Shown: positions 1 to 9,763, numbered from the stretch's first letter. The stretch: 64,000 bases of DNA from Ruminococcus sp. (GCA_017534595.1 JAFXVY010000126.1:16020-80019), one strand, 5' to 3'. Notes: generated by a model from the letters alone, not told the origin. Numbers and translations are program-made.

Positions 1-8
1 AGCGGGAC

Positions 9-37
9 TTGAAAAGCTCCCGCATTTGTGGTATAAT
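9..37 (+). promoter_or_regulatory. SigA-type promoter upstream of ecfA
   Basis: TTGAAA (9-14), 17-nt spacer, then TGg-TATAAT extended -10 (29-37). It lies ~80 nt upstream of the ecfA ATG. Confidence 0.55.
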
Positions 38-120
38 GATATGATACCGTTCGGCGGAGTACCCGCCCGGTATCCGAGACTCGGGGCGCAGATACCGCCC
101 CTTAAAAGGAAAGTAAGAAA

Positions 121-993
121 ATGGCAGTTATCAGAACCGAAAATCTGACTTATGTCTACGGCGAGGGTACGCCCTTCCGCAAGGTCGCCGTGGACAACGT
201 GGATCTCTCGATAGACGAGGGCGAATTCATCGGCGTCATCGGGCATACCGGCTCGGGCAAGAGCACGCTCATACAGCATTTCAACGGCCTGCTCAAGCCC
301 ACCTCCGGCAGCGTGTACATCGACGGCGAACGCCTCTGGGACGATAAGGCAAGGCTTCGCCCCATACGCTTCAAGGTCGGGCTCGTCTTCCAGTACCCCG
401 AATACCAGCTCTTTGAGGAGACCTGCTATAAGGATATCGCCTTCGGCCCCAAGAATATGGGCCTTTCGGAGGAGGAGATCGACAAGCGTGTGCGCGAGAC
501 CGCAAGGCTCGTGGGTCTGCGGGAGGAAACGCTCTCGCGTTCGCCCTTTGAGCTCTCGGGCGGCCAGAAGCGCAGAGTTGCGATAGCAGGCGTTATGGCT
601 ATGGAGCCGAAGGTGCTCATCCTCGACGAGCCGGCCTCCGGCCTCGACCCCAAGGGACGCTCGCAGATACTCGGCCTCATCAGGGAGTACCACAAGGAAA
701 AGAAAAATACCGTAATGCTCGTTTCACATTCCATGGAGGATGTGGCAAAGCATTGCTCGAAGATACTCGTCATAAATAGCGCAAAGGTGTTCTGCTTCGA
801 TACGCCCGCAAATGTCTTCCACCGCGCCGAGGAGCTCAGCTCTATGGGGCTTTCGGTGCCGCAGGTGACAAGGGTGTTCGACAGGCTCAGAGCCATGGGC
901 TGCGGCTTCGATGAGGATGTCTATACTGTCGGCTACGGCAGGCAGCTCATCCTTGACAGGCTGGGTCGCGCAAATGCGGAGGTGACGAAATGA
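121..993 (+). CDS. ecfA: ECF transporter ATPase component (EcfA2-like ABC ATPase)
   Basis: Walker A GHTGSGKST, ABC signature LSGGQKRRV and Walker B LILDEP. Sits in the ecfA..ecfT-truA context typical of Firmicutes. RBS AAAGGAAAG precedes the ATG. Confidence 0.9.
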   Translation: MAVIRTENLTYVYGEGTPFRKVAVDNVDLSIDEGEFIGVIGHTGSGKSTLIQHFNGLLKPTSGSVYIDGERLWDDKARLRPIRFKVGLVFQYPEYQLFEETCYKDIAFGPKNMGLSEEEIDKRVRETARLVGLREETLSRSPFELSGGQKRRVAIAGVMAMEPKVLILDEPASGLDPKGRSQILGLIREYHKEKKNTVMLVSHSMEDVAKHCSKILVINSAKVFCFDTPANVFHRAEELSSMGLSVPQVTRVFDRLRAMGCGFDEDVYTVGYGRQLILDRLGRANAEVTK

Positions 994-1673
994 CGACAAA
1001 GCGTCAGATGTCCGAGACCTATGTGGTCGCGGCGATACTCGCATCTGCCGGCGGCTTCCTCGATGCTTACAGCTACCTCGTCCGCGGGCACGTTTTCGCC
1101 AATGCACAGACGGGAAACATAGTCCTGCTCGGTATGCGCTTCTTTGAGCGCGACTGGCTCGGCTGCGCCAAGTACCTGCTGCCGATAGTCATGTTCGTGT
1201 TCGGAGTGCTGCTTGCCGACAGGCTCAGACTCAAGCTCAAGGATTCCTCGCTGCACTGGCGGCAGCATATAATCATAATCGAGGCGATAACCCTCGCCTT
1301 CGTCACCTACATCCCCGTGGGCGGAAAGTTCGATATCATAGCCAATACGCTGATCTCGTTCGTCTGCTCGCTGCAGGTCGAGAGCTTCCGGAAGGTACAC
1401 TCGATCAGCTTTGCCACCACGATGTGTACCGGCAATCTACGCACCGCCACCGAGCATATCTCGCTCTATATCACCACCAAGGATCCCGAGCACCTTTCCT
1501 CGGCGCTCAAGCTCTACGGAATAATACTGTTCTTTATCTTCGGTGTCGTCATAGGCACGCTGATCTGTTCGGCGCTCGGCCGCGCAGGGCTCATATTCGT
1601 GATCTTCCAGCTGATCGCCGTCTTCGTGCTGATGTTCATAGACGTCGAGAAGCAGGAGAAGGACAGTAAGTAA
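990..1673 (+). CDS. YoaK/DUF1275-family membrane protein
   Basis: N-terminal GGFLDAYSYL..GHVFANAQTGNIVLLG motif typical of DUF1275. Multi-pass hydrophobic profile. ATGA overlap with the ecfA stop. Confidence 0.7.
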   Translation: MTTKRQMSETYVVAAILASAGGFLDAYSYLVRGHVFANAQTGNIVLLGMRFFERDWLGCAKYLLPIVMFVFGVLLADRLRLKLKDSSLHWRQHIIIIEAITLAFVTYIPVGGKFDIIANTLISFVCSLQVESFRKVHSISFATTMCTGNLRTATEHISLYITTKDPEHLSSALKLYGIILFFIFGVVIGTLICSALGRAGLIFVIFQLIAVFVLMFIDVEKQEKDSK

Positions 1674-1705
1674 ACGACCCACCTGTTACAGAAGGAGACC
1701 TGACC

Positions 1706-2509
1706 TTGTTAAAGGATATTACCATAGGGCAGTATTTCCCCGGCAGCTCGCCGATACACCGCATGGACAGCCGCGTAAAGATCCTGCTGACGATCTCGTT
1801 CATCGTGATGCTGTTCATAGCCGGCAATAAGTACGGGCTTGCTGTCGGAGTGATATTCACCCTTGTCACCTACCTCATTTCGGGGATCCCGTTCAAGATG
1901 ATCCTCAAAAGCTTAAAGCCGATACTCCCCATAATCATACTCACCTCGATCCTAAACCTGCTGTTCATCCGGTCGGGAGAGGTGGTCTGGGAGTGGAAGT
2001 TCATAACCCTCACCGAGGACGGCATACATACCGCGGTGTTCATGACCGTCAGGATCGTCTGCCTGATAATCGGCAGCTCGCTGCTGACCTATACCACCTC
2101 GCCGATAGACCTCACCGACGGTATTGAGAGGCTGCTCTCACCGCTGAAGAAGATCAAGGTGCCCGTACACGAGCTGGCGATGATGATGACCATAGCCCTC
2201 AGATTTATCCCGACGCTCATCGAGGAGACCGATAAGATCATGGCGGCGCAGAAGGCCAGGGGAGCCGATATGGAGACCGGCGGCCCCATTGCAAGAGCAA
2301 GGGCTCTTGTGCCGATACTGATACCGCTGTTCGTGTCCTCCTTCCGCAGAGCGGAGGAGCTGGCGCTGGCTATGGAGTGCCGCTGCTACCACGGCGGCGA
2401 GGGCAGAACAAGGATGAAGCAGCTCAGACTCCATTTTGTGGATCTTTGCGCCGTCATCTATGTGGCTGCGTTCATAGCGGGAGTAGTGCTGACGAACATT
2501 TTTTTCTGA
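1706..2509 (+). CDS. ecfT: ECF transporter transmembrane component EcfT
   Basis: CbiQ/EcfT-like multi-pass protein with the AQKARGAD coupling-helix motif. TTG start 8 nt after GAAGGAGA. Confidence 0.85.
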   Translation: MLKDITIGQYFPGSSPIHRMDSRVKILLTISFIVMLFIAGNKYGLAVGVIFTLVTYLISGIPFKMILKSLKPILPIIILTSILNLLFIRSGEVVWEWKFITLTEDGIHTAVFMTVRIVCLIIGSSLLTYTTSPIDLTDGIERLLSPLKKIKVPVHELAMMMTIALRFIPTLIEETDKIMAAQKARGADMETGGPIARARALVPILIPLFVSSFRRAEELALAMECRCYHGGEGRTRMKQLRLHFVDLCAVIYVAAFIAGVVLTNIFF

Positions 2510-2522
2510 GACCGGAGGAGCT

Positions 2523-3278
2523 ATGAGAGTTCTGCTGTTGAAGCTTGCATATAACGGAGCCGCCTATCACGGCTGGCAGCGCCAGAACAACGCCGTCACC
2601 GTCCAGCAGACGGTGGAGGAGGCGCTTTCTCTCCTGCTCGGGCAGAGCATAGCCGTCAACGGCTGCTCGCGCACCGATGCGGGCGTCCACGCAAGAGAAT
2701 ACTGCCTCAGCTTTGAGACCGATAATCCCATACCCCCGCAGGGGCTCATAGCAGGGCTCAACGATAAGCTGCCCGACGATATCGCGGTGTATGAGTGCCG
2801 GGAGATGCCCGAGGGCTTCCATGCAAGGTTCGGCTGCGTCGGCAAGGAGTATGAGTTTCTCGTACACAACAGCGCGATCAAGGATCCCTTTTACAAGGAT
2901 ACCGCCATGCGCTGGAAATACCCGATAGATGCCCGGCTGCTTGACCGCGAGGCCAAGGACTTCATAGGCACCCACGATTTCAAGGCGTTCTGCAGCGCCG
3001 CCTGCGATAAGGAAAACACCGTCCGCGAGATCTTCGCCTACGATGTCAGGCGGGAAGGGGACCTCGTCAGGTTCACCGTTTCCGGCAGCGGATTTCTGTA
3101 TAATATGGTACGCATCACAGTCGGAACGCTGCTGTATATCGGCGAGGGGAAGCTGCCTCAGGGCTGCATACCCGAGCTGATAGCGTCCCGCGACCGCACC
3201 CGGGCAGGCATAACCGCCGAGCCGCAGGGACTGTACCTCAACCGAGTTTTTTATGACAAAGGAAAGATATTCAGATGA
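2523..3278 (+). CDS. truA: tRNA pseudouridine(38-40) synthase TruA
   Basis: Catalytic motif CSRTDAGVHA, YHGWQRQ near the N-terminus, conserved position after ecfT. Confidence 0.92.
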   Translation: MRVLLLKLAYNGAAYHGWQRQNNAVTVQQTVEEALSLLLGQSIAVNGCSRTDAGVHAREYCLSFETDNPIPPQGLIAGLNDKLPDDIAVYECREMPEGFHARFGCVGKEYEFLVHNSAIKDPFYKDTAMRWKYPIDARLLDREAKDFIGTHDFKAFCSAACDKENTVREIFAYDVRREGDLVRFTVSGSGFLYNMVRITVGTLLYIGEGKLPQGCIPELIASRDRTRAGITAEPQGLYLNRVFYDKGKIFR

Positions 3279-4879
3279 GTAAGGATAACGACAACAAGCT
3301 CTCTCCCGAGGAGCGGGAGGCGATGCGGCTCGCCGCCGAGGCCGGCCCCGACCGCAGGAGCCTTATCGAGCATACCCGCATAGAGGATCTCACCGATGAG
3401 GAGATCGAGGCGCGTAAGCGGGCTCACGCCGAGCGCAAGGCGGAGCGCAGGAAAGCCTCCGGCAAAAAGAGCTCTCAGGGTAAGCCCGACAGGGCAGACA
3501 AGAAGGATAAGAAGGCCGCCGCGCCCTCTCCCGACCGCCGCTCGCAGAGCTTCGACGATGAGCACTCCGACAGGATAGGCAGAAGGCGCACCAAGCCGGC
3601 GGAGAAGCACGGCCGCCCCAAGGATAAGGAAAAAGAGAAGCATAAGGAAAAGGAAAAAGAAAAAGAGAAGGAAAAGAAGCTCCTCCCCCATGAGAAGGAG
3701 CCCCTCGATATGGACGACTTCCGCCGCGAGCGCAGCCGCCTCAAATCAAGGAAGCGTCTGAAAAGGCTGATAATAGTCCTGATACTTGCGATCATAGCTG
3801 CAGCGGTCTATTATACGAGAAGCCTCTGGGTGCCCAAGCTCGAGGGCATACTCGACAAGAAGCACGATACCATCGTCAATGAGGACGGCGTGGTGCAGTC
3901 GGGGAATTTCCCTCTCGATATCGGCAACAACAATACCGTTCAGCTCTCGCTGCTCGACGGCAGCCTGATCTCCGTTGACGGCGGGCATATCTTCACCTAC
4001 GACACCAACGGAAAGCTCCGCGATACCGCCTACCACAGCTACGGCAACCCCGTCATCCGCTCGGAAGGCAAGCGCCTGCTGCTCTACGATTTCGGCGGCA
4101 CCAGCTTCAAGCTCTACAACAAGACCGGCGAGATGTTCGACAAGCGCATGGAGTCCTCCGTGATGCTCGGCGCCCTCTCGGAGACCGGCAGCTGCCTTAT
4201 CGTCACCGAGGACGACAAGTACCGCACCAAGGCTACCATTTTCGATAAGAACGGCACCGTTATCTATACCTGGCAGAACGGCGACAAGATCGTCGATGCC
4301 GAATTCTGCGACGGCGGTGACGGCTGTGTCATCACGACCTTTACCGTGGCTAACGGCAGGATGATCTCCTCCGTCCACTATATCGACATAACCAAGAGCA
4401 ACTCGGTCATCACAGGCGACGAGATCGAAGGGCTCGTGCTGCGCGCCTGCAAGAACAAGGAGGGCTGCATCTGGGCAGTCACAAAGGATAGGCTCTCCCT
4501 GCTTTCCGAGGCGGGGCAGATCATCGGCACCTATGACTTCTCCACTTCGCTCGCGGCGTTTGATATCTGCGGCGAGAGCGCCTGCCTTGCACTCGATGGC
4601 ATAGGTCACGATGCGCAGGAGCTTATGGTCTTCGATGCCTCCGACCTGACCCTTACTCCCAAAAGGATCACCGAAGATATCGGCAATACCGTAAAGATCA
4701 GGTGCTTTGACGGTATGGCGTTCGTGCTCGGCACACGCAGCCTCTGCGCCTATGCCGCCGACGGCAGCCTTATATCCACCGCCGCCCCCGACGGAGACTA
4801 CAAGGACTTCGTTTACAGCAGCGACGCGGTATATCTGCTCGGCATCAGAGAGATAAACAAGCTCGTATTCAAGACCTGA
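3275..4879 (+). CDS. membrane-anchored protein (DUF5711-like): charged disordered N-tail, one TM, beta-rich ectodomain
   Basis: ~160 aa K/E/R-rich tail including KEKEKHKEKEKEKEKEKK, then TM LIIVLILAIIAAAVYY, then ~350 aa of repetitive beta-strand-like sequence. ATGA overlap with truA. The family name is recalled, not verified. Confidence 0.55.
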   Translation: MSKDNDNKLSPEEREAMRLAAEAGPDRRSLIEHTRIEDLTDEEIEARKRAHAERKAERRKASGKKSSQGKPDRADKKDKKAAAPSPDRRSQSFDDEHSDRIGRRRTKPAEKHGRPKDKEKEKHKEKEKEKEKEKKLLPHEKEPLDMDDFRRERSRLKSRKRLKRLIIVLILAIIAAAVYYTRSLWVPKLEGILDKKHDTIVNEDGVVQSGNFPLDIGNNNTVQLSLLDGSLISVDGGHIFTYDTNGKLRDTAYHSYGNPVIRSEGKRLLLYDFGGTSFKLYNKTGEMFDKRMESSVMLGALSETGSCLIVTEDDKYRTKATIFDKNGTVIYTWQNGDKIVDAEFCDGGDGCVITTFTVANGRMISSVHYIDITKSNSVITGDEIEGLVLRACKNKEGCIWAVTKDRLSLLSEAGQIIGTYDFSTSLAAFDICGESACLALDGIGHDAQELMVFDASDLTLTPKRITEDIGNTVKIRCFDGMAFVLGTRSLCAYAADGSLISTAAPDGDYKDFVYSSDAVYLLGIREINKLVFKT

Positions 4880-4895
4880 CCGGAAGGAAAGAGAT

Positions 4896-5768
4896 ATGCC
4901 CTGGATCATTGATTTGGCAGCGCTCGCGCTCATCGCGCTCACAGCGTTCATCGGCTATAAAAGGGGCTTTATCAGATATGTGATAAAGCTCCTCGGTACG
5001 GCCGCCTGTATCGTTGCGGCACTGATAGTGTCGGATATGATAAGCGGCCCCATATATAGGAACATCGTGGCTCCGCGGCTCGAAAACTCCATCAGAGACG
5101 AGCTCAGGGGCTTCGATATCACTCAGGATGTCAGGAAGTCCCTCGAGGAGAGCGGCGTCGAGCTCGATATGACCGACGACGAGCTGAAGAAGATCCTCAG
5201 CGACAACGGCAGCATATCCGCAGCCTTCGAGCGTGAGGCGCTGAGCTCCGGCAAGACCAAAGAGGAGGCTGCCGAGCTCAGGGATAAGACCCAGAACTTC
5301 TTTGAGAATGACTTCGGCACCTCGATGCTGAAAAGCGTCGGCTTCGGCAACGCCGAGATCCTCAACGACAAGCTCGATATCAGCGCAGCCAAGGCCTTTG
5401 ACCTCGTCAGAGCCTTTGCGTCGAGAGACGGCCTCACCAAGGGAGTCAATTATATCGTCACCAACGTGCTGGATAAGATGATGACCGCGCTGATAAGATA
5501 TGTACTGTTCATCGTGCTGTTCATCATAGGTGAGGCAATACTGGCGGTGGTGTTCTCCATCGCGGGAGTGCTCGATCATCTGCCCGCCGTCTCGGGGACG
5601 AACAGATTTCTCGGGCTGCTGCTCGGTATACTCAAGGGCGTGCTCTATATCGTGCTCGCCGCGGCGATAATCTCGTCGCTCTGCGACAGCGGAGCCGTAG
5701 CCGACAGCTCTCCCTACGAGGATTCGCACTTCTTCGGGATGTTCTTCAGCCTTTTCCATAAGGGCTGA
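4896..5768 (+). CDS. CvpA-family membrane protein
   Basis: N-terminus IIDLAALALIALTAFIGYKRGFIR is typical of CvpA. Hydrophobic helices at both ends with a soluble insert between them. Confidence 0.6.
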   Translation: MPWIIDLAALALIALTAFIGYKRGFIRYVIKLLGTAACIVAALIVSDMISGPIYRNIVAPRLENSIRDELRGFDITQDVRKSLEESGVELDMTDDELKKILSDNGSISAAFEREALSSGKTKEEAAELRDKTQNFFENDFGTSMLKSVGFGNAEILNDKLDISAAKAFDLVRAFASRDGLTKGVNYIVTNVLDKMMTALIRYVLFIVLFIIGEAILAVVFSIAGVLDHLPAVSGTNRFLGLLLGILKGVLYIVLAAAIISSLCDSGAVADSSPYEDSHFFGMFFSLFHKG

Positions 5769-5789
5769 GCCCGGGAACGGAGGAATGAT

Positions 5790-6251
5790 ATGAGCGATTA
5801 TACAAAGAGCGTCGCGGGAGTAGTGATCCGCGGCGGCAAGGTGCTGCTGGCAAGGCACACCTACGGCAGGGGAGCGGGCAAGCTCATCTGCCCCGGAGGA
5901 TATATAGAACCCGGCGAGTCGCCGGAGGCTGCGGTCGTCCGCGAATACCGTGAGGAAACAGGAGTAGAGGTCAGGCCGAAGGAGCTTATAGCCGTCCGCT
6001 TCAATAACCGGGACTGGTATATGGTCTTCCGCGCAGAGTATGTCTCGGGTACCCCGGCTTCCGATCACAACGAAAACAGCGAGGTCGTCTGGCTCGAGAC
6101 CGAAAAGGCTCTCGAGGACGAGACCGTGCCCTATCTTTCTAAAGAGATCATCCGCGCCGCACTCAGCGGCGGAGGGCTCTCGCTTGCGGAATACGACGAT
6201 AAGGAGCGTGCTCCCGCGTCGCTTTACCGCAGCTTTCAGGATATACGATAA
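5790..6251 (+). CDS. NUDIX hydrolase
   Basis: Nudix box GGYIEPGESPEAAVVREYREETGV (GX5EX7REUXEEXGU). Confidence 0.88.
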   Translation: MSDYTKSVAGVVIRGGKVLLARHTYGRGAGKLICPGGYIEPGESPEAAVVREYREETGVEVRPKELIAVRFNNRDWYMVFRAEYVSGTPASDHNENSEVVWLETEKALEDETVPYLSKEIIRAALSGGGLSLAEYDDKERAPASLYRSFQDIR

Positions 6252-6297
6252 TGCGATATAACAGCAAACACCCGTACAGAGAAAGGAGACAAAACGT

Positions 6298-8604
6298 ATG
6301 GAACCCGTAATGTGTTCAAGATGCGGAAAGCGTCCCGCTGCGGTATTCATCTCGCAGCCCGACCCGCAGGACAGATCAAAAAAGAAACACGAAGCGCTCT
6401 GTCTGCCGTGCGCCTGTGAGCTCGGCATATCCCAGAGCGAGGATTTCAAGAAAATGCTCGGCATCTCCGATGAGGATATCAAGAACATGACAGATCAGCT
6501 CATGGAGATCAACGACGGCAGCGACTTTGAAATGGGCGGCAGCGGCACCATGCCGAATTTTCTCAGCCAGCTTTTCGGCGGCCTCAACGGCGGCAATAAC
6601 GCCGAAGAGCCCCCCGCAGAGCATCCCATGCCCTCGGAGACTGGCAGCGGCCCCGCACCTTCAAGGCGCAAGGAAAAGCGCGAGAAGAAAAAGGAGCTCA
6701 AGTTCCTCAACAACTACTGCACCAACCTTACCGAGCGTGCCCTCAACGGCGAGCTCGACAACATCATCGGCAGGGATAAGGAGATCTCGAGAGTCATCCA
6801 TATCCTGTCGAGAAGGCAGAAGAACAACCCCTGCCTGATCGGTGAGCCCGGCGTTGGCAAGACCGCCGTTGCCGAGGGCATAGCCCAGCGGATAGTCGCC
6901 GGGAACGTGCCCTTCCACCTTCAGGGCAAGGAGGTCTATCTGCTCGACCTGACCGCTCTCGTCGCGGGGACACAGTTCAGAGGCCAGTTTGAGAGCCGCT
7001 GCAAGGGCCTCGTTGAGGAGGTCAAGCGCGAGGGGAATATCATCCTGTTCATCGACGAGGTGCATACCCTTGTCGGCGCGGGAGACAGCGAAGGCTCGAT
7101 GAACGCCGCGAATATCTTAAAGCCCGCCCTTTCGAGAGGCGAGATACAGGTCATCGGCGCGACTACCTTCAAGGAGTACAGAAAGCATATCGAAAAGGAC
7201 GCCGCACTCGAGCGCCGCTTCCAGCCGGTGAATATCGGCGAGCCCACCGTCGAGGAGACGGTAGAGGTGCTCAAGGGCATCAAGCACTACTATGAGCAGT
7301 TCCACAGAGTCCACGTTACCGACGCGATGGTCAGAAAGTGCGCCGTGCTCTCCGAGAGATATATCAACGACCGCTTCCTGCCCGACAAGGCGATAGATCT
7401 GCTCGACGAGGCCTGCGCCTGCCGCAGTATCGCCACTCCCGAGCTCGCGGAGTTCGACAGGCTCAACGACGAGCTCAAAAAGCACAGGGATCTGGTGTCC
7501 GAGTATGAGGAGAAGTCTGACCCCGACTATGAGATCCTTGCCACCGAAAAGGCCGAGATCTCGCGTATAGAGAACAGGCTCGGAGAGGTGGAGGAGCTGC
7601 TCAAAAAGGTCTTTGTGACTGACGAGGATGTCTCCAAGGTCATCGAGCTCTGGACGGGCATACCCGCCAACAAGATCGTCGAGACCGAATTCGAGAAGAT
7701 CCGCGGCCTCAAGGACGCGCTGCTCAAGCGCATCATCGGTCAGGATAAGGCCGTTGACGCCGTCGCCAAGGCGATAAAGCGCACAAGAGTCCAGCTCTCC
7801 AAGCGCAGGCGCCCCGCTTCGTTCATCTTCGTCGGCCCCACCGGCGTCGTCAAGACCGAGCTCGTAAAGGTGCTCGGCGAGGAGCTGTTCGATGCCACCG
7901 AGCCGATAATCCGCGTGGATATGTCGGAGTATATGGAGAAGCATTCGGTATCCAAGCTGATAGGTTCGCCTCCGGGATATGTCGGCTTCGACGAGGCAGG
8001 TCAGCTCACCGAGAAGATCCGCCGCAGACCCTATTCGGTAGTCCTCTTTGACGAGATCGAAAAGGCGCATCCGGACGTTATGAATATAATGCTCCAGATC
8101 CTCGACGAAGGCCGCCTGCGTGACGCGCAGGGCAGGGACGTCAACTTCGAGAACACCGTCATCGTCATGACTTCCAATGCCGGCTCGACTTCTAAGGATT
8201 CGGGCGTAGGCTTCAATAAGACAGAGAGCGAGATCTCGCAGGAGAAGGCCATGAAGGCTCTGCGTGAGTTCCTCAGACCCGAATTCCTCGGCCGCGTGGA
8301 CGAGATCGTCGTCTTCGACCCGCTCACCGAGTCCGACTATGCAAGGATCGCGGGTCTCATGCTCGACGAAATGAAAGAACCTCTCGCCGAAAACGGCATT
8401 ACCTTCGCTTACGACGATAAGGCCACCGCCCTGATAGCTCACAAGACCTTCGGCGGCAAGCTCGGAGCCCGCGATATCAGGCATCTGATACGTGAGGAGG
8501 TCGAGGACAAGGTAGCCGAAAAGCTCCTTGACAGCCCCGAGGGAAGCATCTCGGCGCTGGGTCTCACAGAAGAAAACGGTGAGCTCAGGCTCGATACCCT
8601 CTGA
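6298..8604 (+). CDS. ClpC/ClpA-class double-AAA+ unfoldase with a C4 zinc N-domain in place of Clp_N repeats
   Basis: D1 Walker A GEPGVGKT. D2 P-loop reads GPTGVVKT (see findings). Short coiled-coil M-domain. GVGF ClpP-docking-like tripeptide. N-terminus CSRCGK...CLPC. Confidence 0.88.
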   Translation: MEPVMCSRCGKRPAAVFISQPDPQDRSKKKHEALCLPCACELGISQSEDFKKMLGISDEDIKNMTDQLMEINDGSDFEMGGSGTMPNFLSQLFGGLNGGNNAEEPPAEHPMPSETGSGPAPSRRKEKREKKKELKFLNNYCTNLTERALNGELDNIIGRDKEISRVIHILSRRQKNNPCLIGEPGVGKTAVAEGIAQRIVAGNVPFHLQGKEVYLLDLTALVAGTQFRGQFESRCKGLVEEVKREGNIILFIDEVHTLVGAGDSEGSMNAANILKPALSRGEIQVIGATTFKEYRKHIEKDAALERRFQPVNIGEPTVEETVEVLKGIKHYYEQFHRVHVTDAMVRKCAVLSERYINDRFLPDKAIDLLDEACACRSIATPELAEFDRLNDELKKHRDLVSEYEEKSDPDYEILATEKAEISRIENRLGEVEELLKKVFVTDEDVSKVIELWTGIPANKIVETEFEKIRGLKDALLKRIIGQDKAVDAVAKAIKRTRVQLSKRRRPASFIFVGPTGVVKTELVKVLGEELFDATEPIIRVDMSEYMEKHSVSKLIGSPPGYVGFDEAGQLTEKIRRRPYSVVLFDEIEKAHPDVMNIMLQILDEGRLRDAQGRDVNFENTVIVMTSNAGSTSKDSGVGFNKTESEISQEKAMKALREFLRPEFLGRVDEIVVFDPLTESDYARIAGLMLDEMKEPLAENGITFAYDDKATALIAHKTFGGKLGARDIRHLIREEVEDKVAEKLLDSPEGSISALGLTEENGELRLDTL

Positions 8605-8619
8605 TCCGGGAGGTACAGC

Positions 8620-9018
8620 ATGAAACGTGAATTGGGTATAGCAAGGTGCGGGCTCGCCTGCTGCCTCTGCTCGGAGAATACACAGTGCAAGGGCTGCAAG
8701 CGGGACGGCTTCAAGGAGCTTTCCTGGTGCAAGGATGCTGAGTGGTGCGAGGTCAGGAAATGCGTGATCTCAAAGGGTCTGAGAGGCTGTTATGAGTGTG
8801 AGCCGAAGGGCTGCTGCAAGGGTCTGCTTGCCGATAAGATCAAGCCCCGGGCATTTTCCGAATTCGCAGGAAGATACGGCCTCGACGAGCTGCTCGACTG
8901 CCTCGAGCGCAACGAGCAGGCAGGTATTGTGTACCACAGAGAGGGCATAATCGGCGACTACGACGATTTTGACGATATCGAGGCGCTGATAGACTTCATA
9001 AGGAAAGGCAAGAGATAA
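8620..9018 (+). CDS. DUF3795-like cysteine-rich protein
   Basis: CGLACCLCSENTQCKGC...C..C..RGCYEC cysteine pattern typical of DUF3795. Confidence 0.6.
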   Translation: MKRELGIARCGLACCLCSENTQCKGCKRDGFKELSWCKDAEWCEVRKCVISKGLRGCYECEPKGCCKGLLADKIKPRAFSEFAGRYGLDELLDCLERNEQAGIVYHREGIIGDYDDFDDIEALIDFIRKGKR

Positions 9019-9048
9019 CCGTATATCAAATCGAAAGGACGGATAAAT

Positions 9049-9708
9049 ATGACCTACAAGGAAGAATTCATCAAGTTCATGGTAGACAGCGGCGTGCTGA
9101 CCTTCGGGGAGTTCACGCTCAAGAGCGGCAGAAAGGCGCCCTATTTCATCAACTGCGGCAACTATAAGACCGGCGCACAGCTTGCCCGCCTCGGCGGGTT
9201 CTATGCCGACTGCATCGTTGACAACAAGATACCTGTCGAGACGCTGTTCGGCCCTGCCTACAAGGGCATCCCGCTGGCGGTATCGGCTGTTGTGGCGCTG
9301 GCGAACAAGTACGGCGTTGACTGCTCCTACTGCTTTGACCGCAAGGAGGCCAAGGATCACGGCGAGGGCGGAATGTTTGTCGGCAAGACGCTTACTGACA
9401 ATGAGAAGGTCATCATCATAGATGACGTCATGACCTCCGGCAAGGCGCTGAGGGAGTCGCTTCCGAAGCTAAAGAGTGCGGCGGATGTTGACGTTACGGC
9501 TATGGTCATCACAGTTGACAGGATGGAGAAGTCGCTGACCTCTGACAATTCTGCGGTACAGGATGCGTTCACGGAATTCGGCATCAAGGTATACTCGATC
9601 GTTACGATCAACGACATTATCAAGGCGATAGAGGATGGTATTGTTGAGGGCAAGGAATATCTTGGAGCGATGAAGCAGTACAGGGCAGATTACGGAGTGG
9701 AGTACTGA
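9049..9708 (+). CDS. pyrE: orotate phosphoribosyltransferase
   Basis: PRPP-binding motif VIIIDDVMTSGKAL, FTLKSGRKAPYF N-terminal motif, size ~219 aa. Confidence 0.9.
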   Translation: MTYKEEFIKFMVDSGVLTFGEFTLKSGRKAPYFINCGNYKTGAQLARLGGFYADCIVDNKIPVETLFGPAYKGIPLAVSAVVALANKYGVDCSYCFDRKEAKDHGEGGMFVGKTLTDNEKVIIIDDVMTSGKALRESLPKLKSAADVDVTAMVITVDRMEKSLTSDNSAVQDAFTEFGIKVYSIVTINDIIKAIEDGIVEGKEYLGAMKQYRADYGVEY

Positions 9709-9763
9709 GAAAAGCTGTAAGATCCAAACGCGGCACCAAATTCCTATTATTCAGAGAAACTAA

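Noticed and set aside
3746-8484. Long minus-strand ORFs (401, 539 and 455 aa) opposite the DUF5711-like, CvpA, NUDIX and ClpC-like genes
   Set aside because: The same shadow-ORF signature applies. The plus-strand genes carry diagnostic motifs (Nudix box, Walker motifs).
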